The notes under the pieces: model-generated | What the model saw: only the letters and a program-made list of their open reading frames with translations | What the model was told of the DNA's origin: nothing | Databases searched by the model: none | Position numbers and translations under genes: made by a program | Part shown: positions 53,901 through 64,000 of the stretch, piece by piece | Numbering within the stretch: position 1 is the stretch's first letter | How the letters are laid out: each line of letters opens with the position of its first letter | Assembly: GCA_016748015.1 (NCBI GenBank) | Contig: JAAOMT010000135.1 | Span: 1,053,085-1,117,084, forward strand | Length of the DNA: 64,000 nucleotides | Direction of reading: 5' to 3' | From: Geosiphon pyriformis uo1 | Lineage: Eukaryota; Fungi; Glomeromycota

Positions 53901-54325
53901 ATCTACTGTTGCTGTCTTTTGTGTTGCAAGATTTCTTTCTGGAGATGTCTGATGTTAGTTTGTATTCGGTTTTTTGCAAGAGATTTGTTCTCAAGAGTTG
54001 GATGAATAAGGTTATTGCTTCTCTCAGTGACAAGAAGAAAGCAGCTTTTGTGGTAATGAATTTTGTCCATTGTTTAGCTAAGAGTCATAGGATAAACCTC
54101 TGACTTTTTAGAACTAAGTTCAGGTTTAACATGGAGAAAAGTGATTTGATTGGTGATAATGTTGTTGTGGCTGGTGCTCTTAGTATAGATGCTCTGCTTC
54201 TCTCAGCTGGCATGGTTCATCTTACTAGTGTGTTGGATTTTTTTGATGTCGGTTTCGGTTTTAGGGATAGGTTCTTGTTTTTGTCTGGTGCTGTTTATAG
54301 GGTTAGTGTTTCTATAAGTGTGTAG
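50965..54325 (+). pseudogene. LINE-C ORF2, 3' part (RT, RNase H, CCHC)
   Basis: Resumes SFRKVVLDHLVVDD in frame with ...SILEW; motifs RPIALIETA, LQDMYKMYDSV, FVDN, YLGIFL, DSQAAI, KIKDHAG, CLFCGNMELPDHDFTC. Confidence 0.92.
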
Positions 54326-54839
54326 TGTTGTCTTGATTGGCTCGAGTGGCCGGTCACATGTAGCAAATGTGTGAATCATGTTTAGTTGGCTACTTTTTTT
54401 TGTAACTTATTCTAGACTTTGGTTGGGCTGCACTCGTTAATAAATAAAAAAAATAAAAAAAATACTATTAATATTTACAAAAGCCAATATATTAATAAAT
54501 TTGTTTTTTGTTTGTAATTATGTAAATAATTTTAAAATATATAATAAAAGATAATAAACAGTTTTAATAAAATTTTTTTTTAACAAATTAATTTTAATTT
54601 TTAATTATTTTTTAATTAAAACATTTTATTAAACATAAGTACTTTTTAATATAAAATTAAATTAAGTTTTATAATTAATAATAAAATATAAAATTACCAA
54701 AATTAAAATTTAGTTTTTTTTAAAACTATATTAACAAAAAACTTAAACTTTAAATAATTTTAATTAAAATACACTTAAACAAACTATTTATAAAAAACAT
54801 GTTAAGATATTTAAAAGATTTTTTTGTTTATAAAAATAA

Positions 54840-55830
54840 TATTATCAACTAAAATTTGAGATCTTATTTAGCATGAAATTATTTTTATAGTTTTTATTAT
54901 TAATTAGCATATATTATTATTTTAATTTATTACTTATTATCTTATTAAATTATCTAAATTATCATTTAATTAATAATCTGATTTGTCCAAAACACAAATA
55001 AAATTAAATTGTAATAATTTAATTATATAATAAATTAAACTATATAATATTTAAAATTTGCTGAAATATTTAATAATTTAACAAAATATTTAACAGTTTA
55101 TTAAAATAATCTATAGTTTACAGAAATAATTTATAATTTAATAAAATATATCTTTGGTTTATCAAAATATTAAAAAAAAAATGTTAAATTATAAAATAGT
55201 GTTATAATAAGTTATATAAAAAAAACTTTTTTTTTTAAGAAAATATATTTCAATTAAAATTTATTTTAATTAGAACTAATATCTTTCTTAATATTTTTTA
55301 TACAAATTAATTTTAATAAAATTTATTTTGAAAACATAAAAATTCTCAATTATTTTTATTATAAGTTTAATTATTCCATATTAATAATTTGAAATTGATT
55401 AGCTACCAATTTTAATAAACTATTATTAACTTTCAAACCTGAATCTAAAGCAATTTTTTAATACATTTTTTTAAATTTTTTTTTTTAGTTTTTTTTTTTT
55501 CTTTTTTATTATTATTGAATAACTTATAATTGAAATTTTTTGTAAAAAAATTGATTTTTACAGCAAAGTAACTATACATATTTTAAAATGTTTACAAATA
55601 AAATTTTTCTATGAAAGAGTCAATTTTTATTGCAAAGTAACTATACAAATAATTAATATAAAATTGGTTATTTTTTATAAGTCCAATAGTATATACAATT
55701 TAAAATATAGAGAGATGTTTTGAAAAAAAAATTAATTTATTAGAGATTTACTGATTTTTATCAAAAGCAAAATTAATAACAGAATAGTATTAACAATATT
55801 ACAAAAAGAACAGAAAAATTTTTGATAACA
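54840..55830 (+). mobile_element. Solo LTR relic of the gypsy family, strongly AT-eroded, probable TSD ATAA
   Basis: Colinear with the LTR (TTAGCATGAAATTA, CAGCAAAGTAACTA, ends GATAACA); ATAA on both flanks. Confidence 0.75.
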
Positions 55831-56258
55831 ATAATTATTATTTTGTATTATTTATAAAATATTATTAACATAAAAAAAATTACTAATTATATTTAATTAT
55901 ATAATAATCTAATTATTCTTAATTTAAATAGTATTATTAAAAAAAGTATTAACTATTAAAAAAATATTAAATTAGTAATAATTTAATTTTGCCAGTTTTA
56001 ACAATAAATTTTATATTAATTTTATAGTTATATAAATAATTATATTTTTTAATTTTACATAAAAACAAATTATAAAATATTTTTTGCAATAAAAATGAAA
56101 AAAATTTATTTTAATTAAAATTATTATATAAAATATGATTATTATTTAAACTAAAATTAATTATTATTTATTAACATAGTTATTATAAATATTTTCAAAA
56201 AAATTAATAAACTATTACATATTTTTAATTTAAAATAAATATTTTTTTAAACAATATT

Positions 56259-58540
56259 TTTTTTTTATTATCAATTTAATGAGTATGGCCCAACCATAAT
56301 CTAAAAATTAGGACCAAACTAAGTAATTCAGAACTAAATATGGTTCATGCACTTACTACATATAACCAGCTACTTGAATCAGTTCAGACTATACTACATT
56401 GATGTACCAGAAGAAAACTTATTCAAAGAAAACATCCTTTGAACAATCTCAAATAATGTAGCACTATTATTAATCAATCCAACCAATTATTCAGCTGTCT
56501 TAAAGACATCAGCCTTTATAACAGCAGATTTATGTTCTCAAAAAGACATCAAATTAGAAAACATATCATTATCAAAAAATGACAAACTTACATAAGAGCC
56601 AGACATATTAATGTTCTCAAAACCACATCCAGTTTTCAGAATGACCACATCTTGTTTCAACTTACTAACAGCTCTGCTAAAGATACTTATGTGAACCAAA
56701 ACTTTGTTGACTCTAAGGCCAAAAGCAGAACTTGAAACCAAATTACCATTAACAAATTGTTCAAAAACTTTGACCATAGAGCCAACAGACTTAACAATAG
56801 ATTTAACCAAAACAGAAAGCTTGGCCAAATCAGATTCCAGAGATGTCAACCAAAAAAACACCAAAGAATCTATAACAACAACAAGAAGAGCAGCAGCCAC
56901 CAAAGGAGGAAACATAGAAAAAACAGAGGAAACAGATGTCTTTGCATAAGACAAAGAACCAACAAAATGTGGTTTAAACATCTTGGAAGCCTTAAAAGAG
57001 AAAGGTGGAGCAATCTTATAGTTTATGGCCAAGTGGCTTATCTTTTGACACTGAAAACAATGTCAACAACCAGGAGTTTCCTACCAGATATGGCATTTTT
57101 TTAGTGTACTAGTTTTAACAACAGCAAAATCTAAATCAGCTTGAAAGCCAAATGTAACCAGAGCAAAACAAAAACAATGACCAGAATCAAGAGACTGAGA
57201 AATAAAACAAGACCAACCACCAACTTGAGAAACCATATCACTGATTTCAAAAACAATACAGCCAGGAGAAAGGTTGACCAACTTGGTCTTAAACTTATTA
57301 CAAAACACAATTGTTTCTTGTTGATTTACAAAGAAAAGAATCTGAACATTATCCTTGTCCACCAAAACTGACCAGTAATTGAGAGCAAATGTGGCAGCAA
57401 CCAAATTCTTAAAATGAACCACAACATACTGCCAAATGCCAGCAGGCTTCAGCACAACATGAGTAATCATACCAAAAACACTGAGAACTGTTTTAATGTC
57501 AGTAGCAGACACACCCAAAGGCATATTACACAGCACAACAGCAGCAAAAAGAGAGCCAGACTCAGAAACTACCAAAGATTTGGCAATTTTGAGAGTGGTC
57601 AAATGTATAGAGCTTGTAAGCTCAACCAAAAATACAACTTCCAAAGACACTTGAGAAGCAAACTCTACACAAAACAGTTTTATATTGTCTTTTAACACTA
57701 ACTTTGCATTCAAAAAACCATGTACAGACTGAAAAACAGCCTTAACATGAGCCAATTTAATCTTAAAAATAGCATCAAGCATCAGAGCAGAGACTATCTA
57801 CTTAGCAAACTTTTGACAACTAGTAATAGTTTTCCAAGCACCATCAGAAGTAGCACCAGAAACTAGAGGAAAAAATGATTCAGTTTCCATTTAATCAGCC
57901 CAGTTTTCAAGAACAGATGACCCAACAGAAGGAGATTGCTTTGCTTCTAAAACCAGTAATAATCTGCCAGAAGACACCACATTTGGCAACACAGCCAGTG
58001 GTTAATCTTGGCCTATTTTGGACAATGTGTCAGATGATGCTATGGAGATCTCATCTAAGATTTCATTGAGAATCACAAAAAAGTTCGGTGTAACAATAGC
58101 AAAAGCAAACAACTGCTCCCATTTTTCTGAACTTTTGGTCTTTTTAACCAATTTTTTTGAAGAGAAAGTGCTGGCAGCATCAGATGTAAAAGCCATAAAA
58201 GAGAAAACCAGCTTGTTAACCAGTCTATTATTAAACACTTTTGGGCTCTTAATAGGGATGAAGGCAACACTAAGACTAACCCAAGTGTATCTCTTTAAGA
58301 GAACTTTAACTGGTAAGAAACTAGCCAAAGATAAGAAAGTTGCTTTAGTGGCTATCAAAAACAGCTTATCACAATTACTAAATAAAGAAAAAGCTTCTAA
58401 AATGTTTTGCCTAGTTGCTTCTACAATAGAGAGAACTTTTCTGGTTAAAATTTTATTAGATATCTCAGGACAGATATCAAGTACAGCTTTTTTACTCTTT
58501 GCTTTGATCATGGTTATAAAATTAAGGAGACAAAGAGTTA
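56259..58540 (-). mobile_element. HAL1-like ORF1-only element, full-length copy 2 (ORF about 58517-56394, start eroded to ATA)
   Basis: Same 5' end ACTCTTTGTCTCCTTAATTTT; ORF fragments 58002-58511, 57081-57782 and 56538-57032; LINE-type 3' tail; AACAATATT on both flanks (candidate TSD). Confidence 0.85.
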
Positions 58541-60079
58541 TTTTTTTTTTAACAATATTATTTAATTAAATTATATATTTTATAAAACCATAAATTTAGT
58601 ATTTATAAAAATATTTTTTTATTTATATAATTTAAAAATCATAAATATTTAATTTTTTGTAAAGTCAAAAACTAATTTATTAATTAAACACAAATTTAAA
58701 AGATTTAAAAATAAATATACAATAAATATATTATGATATTTTTATAATTTATTTAAAATACCAAATAAGTTAAAAGTTTTATTTAATAAATCTTTAATTG
58801 TTTTTAAAAACTTAAAACAATCAATTTTTATTATAATTTTAATAAAAATATTATTATTTACATAATTTTAAAAAATATACTACAGTTTTTAAAAAGCAAA
58901 AATATTATTTAATAATATTTTTTTCTTGATTTAATATATTATAATTTAATTTATGTAAAATTTAATTAACTTAAATACTAAAATTAGCTTATTATTAATA
59001 ATTAAATAATTTAAACTTATTTTTTTAAAAAATGTTTAAAAAACTATAAACAATATAATTTTTGTTAATTATAAAAATTTTTATGTACTTAATAATAATT
59101 ATTTTAATATAAAATTTAATATAATTTAAAATTTATAAAGCTTGACAACATAATAGTGTTTTTTATTTTTAATAAAACAACTTTAATTGTATTTACACCA
59201 AAATTTACTCAAAATAATAACAGTTTTATCATTATTAGTTTATAATTATATATTTATTAAATTATAAAATTTAGTATTAAAATTGAAATTAAATATTTTA
59301 GTAATTTTGAATATTAAAAATTTTAGTTTATAAAATTAAGATATTAGTTTAAAATAATTATAATCTTAATTCTTAAACTAAACCTTTTAAAAACTATATT
59401 AAAAAATATATATACAATTAACAAAATCATAAACTATATTATATTTAAATTTTTAGTTTGTTTATAATAAAAAATTCTTCAAAAAAATTAACTAATTTTA
59501 ATAAAAAAACATACTTAAAATTTTTTATTTTGTTTTATTAATATTTATAATATTGTATTTTTATTTGTTTTGTTATTCTGCTTTTGTAAAACCAATAAAA
59601 AAATTATTTAAAAGATTAGATCTAAACAAATAAAAACAACTTAATAATTAATATTAAAAAAGTATTAATTCTTAAAATTTTTTAATTAGCTATAATATTA
59701 ATAAAATTTATAAAAATAAAAATATAATTAATAATCTGTTATATAGTAGTCTTAGTTATTAAACAATTTTTTAAAAAGTTGACCAGACTTAATTTCAAAT
59801 AATTTTTAAAACTAATGTATTTTTTGGTATTATTTTTGTTAAAATTATTATTTAAAATTATAACTATAAAATTAATCTTATTAAATTAAGTTATATGTAT
59901 TTCAAAAAAATATCAATATATAATTCCAAAATTAAAATAAAAAGTTTGTTTTTAAAAAATAATTTAATTAATAAAAACCAATTAGAAATTTTAAATATTT
60001 TATATATAAATATATTTAGTTAACTAACTGTTTATAATAATTGTAATTCTAAAACTCAAATAACTTATATTTAAATTAA

Positions 60080-61810
60080 TATTACCAGTAAAAATTTGAA
60101 TTATTAATTAGTATAATTATTTTTATAATTCTTATTATTAATTAACATATATTATTATTTTAATTTATTACTTATTATTTTATTAAATTATTAAATATTG
60201 ATAAATAATTTAATTTGTATAATACATAAATATAACTAATTATAATAATTAGATTATCTAATACTTTAAATTATATAATATTTAAGAATTTACTAAAATA
60301 TTTAAAATTTCAATAAAATATTTAATAGTTTATAGAAATAATTTATAGTATATTAAAATATATTTTTAGTTTATTAAAAATATTAACAAAAAAAATATAA
60401 AATAAAATAATATTATAACAAATTATATAAAAAAAATTTTTTTTTAAGAAAATATTTTTTAATTAAAATTATTTTATTTTAACTTAACATTATTAATTAA
60501 CTATTACAAATTAATTTAATAAATTCATACTTTAAAAACCAATAAATTTTTTTTAATTATTATTGTTTAAAATTTAAAATTTTAATTAATATTCTAAAAT
60601 TAGTTAATTATAAATTTCAATAATTATTCATTTAATTTTAAACTTTAATTAAAAATAATTTTTTTTATATTTATATTTATTTTATTTTTATTTTTATTTT
60701 TATAATTAATCAAGAATTTATGTAAAATAATTATATATTATTAAGAAGTTTATAATTAAAAATTTTTAAAAAGAGTTAACTTTTATTAAAAAATAATTAT
60801 ATAAAATAATTAATACAAAATTAATCATTTTTTTATTATTATTATTATTAAAGTTTAATAAACAAGATCCAACCACTACCTAATATAATATGACCACATA
60901 GAATCTTAAATTAAACATAGCTTACATGTTTTCTACATGTAACTAGCTACTCAAACCAGTTCAAATTATACTATGTTGATGCATTAAAAGAAAACTTATC
61001 CAAAGACAACATCTTTTGAACAACAAGAAACAAAGTTGCACTGTAAGGAACCAATTCAACCAGTTATTTGGCTGTCTTTAAGGCATCAGTCTTAACATTA
61101 ATAGCTTTATATTTTCAAAAAGACATTAAGTTAGAAAACACTTTATTATCCAAACCAACTGGGTGTTCTGAATTACCAAATATATCAATATCCTCTATAT
61201 AGCACTCTTTTTTTAAAAAAACCACTTTTTTTCCCAACTTACCAATAATTTTACTAAAAGAATCCAAATGTATTATAATCTTATTGACCTTAAAGCCAAG
61301 TTTACTGTTTAAGACTAAATCTTTATTAATAAATTATTCGAATAATTTAACCAAAAAACCAACTGGTTTAACAATAGACTTAACCAAAACAGAAAGCTTG
61401 ACCAAATCAGATTCTACAAAGCCAACTGAGAAAACACCAAAGGATTACCAACAACCATAGAAGAAGAAGTAAAAGCTGCTAGGGGAGGAAACTCAGAAGA
61501 ATTCAAGGAAACAGAAGCTTTTGTGTAAGAAACACCACCCATAAAATGTGTTTTAAATACTTTGAAAGTCTTGGGAGGGGAAAGTAGAGAAACTTTGCAG
61601 TCTACAGCCAAATAGCCCACTTTTTGACACTTAAAGCAGCACCAACAACTAGGGGTTTCCCATCAATTTTATTATAAATTTAACAACAATAATTTAAAGT
61701 ATAGAAAAATATTTTGAAAATAAATTAGTTTATTAAAAATTTATTAATTTTTATTAATAATAAAATTCATAAAAAAATAATATTAATAATATTTCAAAAA
61801 ATAACTAAAA
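60080..61810 (+). mobile_element. Solo LTR relic, most eroded copy, interrupted by a HAL1-like fragment
   Basis: Begins TATTACCAGTA (TGTTACCAGTA with G>A); colinear with the LTR to about 60830 and resumes at about 61665; 3' end unclear. Confidence 0.65.
60830..61663 (-). mobile_element. 5'-truncated HAL1-like copy 3 (knuckle, C-terminus, 3' tail)
   Basis: Starts at WETPSC..CFKCQKVGYLAVDCK; stop at 60971-60973; stem-loop at 60941-60961; (TAA)n/A-rich tail. Confidence 0.82.
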
Positions 61811-62028
61811 TCTTTAAATTTGTTTTTAATCTAAAATTTAAATTTATTTTTTTATTTAATCTTAATAATTATTTATATTAAATTATTTATATTTTAATGT
61901 TAATATATAATATTATTTTGTTTTATAAATATATTTATGTCTTTAATATTATATGTTATAATTTTTTAAATAAAATTAGTTATTAAAAAAAATTAATATC
62001 AATACATAAATAATAATAATTTACAAAA

Positions 62029-64000
62029 ACTCTTTGTCTCCTTAATTTTATGACCACAATCAAAGCAAAGAGTAAAAAAGCTGCACCTGATATCTGTCCT
62101 GAAATATCTAATAAAATTTCAACCAGAAAAGCTTTCTCTGTTGTAGAAGCAACTAGGCAAAACGTTTTAGAAGTCTTCTCTTTACCCAGTAATAGTGATA
62201 AGCTGCCTTTGGTAGCCACTGAAGCAACTTCCTCATCTTTGGCTGGTTTCTCACCAGTCAAAGTTCCCTCAAAGAGACACACTTGGATTAGTCCCAGTGT
62301 TGCCTCCACCCCAACTAAGAGCCCAAAAGTTTTTAATAATAGACCAGTAAATAAGCTGGTCTTTCCTTTTATAGATTCAACATCTGGTGCTTCTGGCACC
62401 ACTTCTTCAAAAAAAATGGTCAAAAAAACCAAAAGTTCAGAAAAATGGGGGCAGTTGCTTGCCTCTGTTATTGTTACACCGAACCTCTTTGTGGTTCCCA
62501 ATGAGATCTTAGATGAGATCTCTGTAGCATCATCCAACACATTATCCAAGATGGGCCAAGATTAACTACTGGCTGTGTTGCCAAATGTGGTATTTTCTGG
62601 CAGATTTTCGCCAGTTTTAGAAACAAAACAATCTTCTCCTGTTGGGTCACCTGTTCTTGAGAACTGGGCTGATCAGATAGAAACTGATTCATCAAAGATT
62701 TGCTGGGTGGGTGGCCTCCACTCTGGTGCCTGATGCTACTTTTAAAATCAAATTGGCTCATATTAAGACTGTTTTTCAGTTTGTGCATGGTTTTTTGGGT
62801 GCTAAATCTGTTTCAAAAGACAATGTGAAGCTTTTCTGTGTGGAGTTTGCTTCTTAACTGTCTTTGGAAGCTGCATTTCTGGTTGAGCTTACAAGCTCTG
62901 TTTGTTTGACCACTCTCAAAATTGCCAAGTCTTTGGTGGTTTCTGAATCTGGCTCCTCTCCTGCTGCTGTTGCGCTGCATAATGTACCTTTGGGTGTGTC
63001 TGCTGCTGACGTTAAGCTGGCTCTTAATGTGTTTGGTAGTGTCACTTATGTTGTGCTAAAGCCTGCTGGCATTTGGCAGTATGTGGTGGTTTATTTTGAA
63101 AAGTTGGACTCTGCTGTGTCTGCCTTGAAACATTGGTCAGTCTTGATGGGCAAGGATAGTGTTAGAATCTTCCCTCTGGTAAATTAAAATGAGACTATTT
63201 TGTCTCATGATAAGTTTAAGGCCAAATTGGTCAACCTTCCCCCTGGCTGTACTATCTTTGAGATCAGTGATATGATTTCTCAGATTGGTGGTCAAACATG
63301 TTTCATCCTTTGTTCTCCTAATTCTGGTTGTCATTCCCGGTTTGCTTTGGTTACATTTGCCTCTCAAGGCAATTTGGATTCTGCTGTTGTCAAGACTGGT
63401 ACTTTAAGAAAATGCTGTATCTGGTGGGAAACTCCTGGCTGCCGGCACTGCTTTAGGTATCAAGAAATGGGCCATCTGGCTGTGAATTGCAAGATTTCTC
63501 CACCTCCTACTCCTAAGGTTCCTAAGGTTTTCAAGTCTTGTTTTGTGGGTGGTGTTTTTTATGTAAAAACTTCTGCTTTCCTGGATTCTTCTGAGTTTCC
63601 TTCCTTAGTGGCTTCTACTTTCCTTTCTATGGTTGTTGGTGATTTCTTAGTGTTTTCCTAATTGGCTTTTTTAGAATCTGATTTGGTCAAGCTTTCTATT
63701 TTAATTGAGTCTATTATTAAACCAATTGGTTCCTTGGTCAAATTGTTTGAGCAATTTGTTAATGGAGATTTGGTCTCAAGCAGTAAACTTGGCCTTAAGG
63801 TCAATGAGGTTATGGTACATATGGGTTTTTTTAGTAAGATTGTTGGTAAGTTGGGGAAAAAAGTGGTTTCTTTAAAAAAAGAATGCTGCATGGAGGATAT
63901 TGATATGTCTGGTAATTTAGAGCATCCAGTTGGTTTGGATGATGAGGTGTTTTTTAACTTGTTGTTCTTTTGGGAACATGAGTCTATTGATGTTAAAGCT
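62029..64000 (+). mobile_element. HAL1-like ORF1-only element, copy 4 (runs off the window end; ATG at 62050)
   Basis: Same 5' end and MTTIKAKSKKAAPDICPEISNK start; fragments 62050-62565, 62864-63187 and 63200-63661; small internal deletion near 62690; C-terminus matches copies 2 and 3. Confidence 0.83.

Larger units (their letters stand above)
37776..54457 (+). mobile_element. Full-length L1-like LINE (LINE-C) interrupted by a gypsy element; 11-bp TSD AAAAATACTAT
   Basis: TSD at 37765-37775 and 54458-54468 (TT/AAAA site); 5' end shared with LINE-A; ORF1, ORF2, 3' UTR and A-rich tail present. Confidence 0.93.

Noticed and set aside
58018-58569. Recurrent antisense ORF (MDNVSDD...) in three ORF1-only copies (also 31389-31745 and 61983-62549) as an L1 ORF0 analogue
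   Set aside because: It starts at TTG, is a shadow of the sense ORF in the same codon register, is interrupted in copy 1, and ends in unrelated flanking DNA.

Overview
Eukaryotic, very AT-rich fungal DNA. The repeat families resemble those of Glomeromycotina/Mucoromycota (Geosiphon-like; from memory, not verified). The window has two compartments. (1) About 1-21.4 kb has no recognisable transposons, is rich in microsatellites, and holds one host gene: a two-exon minus-strand Zn2Cys6 + PAS transcription factor (join 7280-6923, 6282-4226; 804 aa) with about 14 kb of non-coding upstream DNA. (2) About 21.4-64 kb is a nested retrotransposon graveyard that starts at a 26-bp minisatellite. It holds two full-length L1-like LINEs (ORF1 RRM+CCHC; ORF2 APE-RT-RNaseH-CCHC) and one 5'-truncated copy. 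A complete 9.9-kb Ty3/gypsy element sits inside one LINE; it has 1012-bp LTRs, a 4-bp TSD, dUTPase, a Cys-rich insert and an extra 3' ORF. Three heavily AT-eroded solo LTRs are also present. The most interesting system is a ~2.3-kb non-autonomous family (four copies) that encodes only its own divergent ORF1 protein, yet shares the LINEs' 5' motif, 3' stem-loop and A-rich tail: a fungal HAL1-like LINE parasite. The repeats show almost purely C:G-to-T:A hypermutation. Assembly gaps: 1139-1173, 14114-14720, 20308-20497, 43240-43480.
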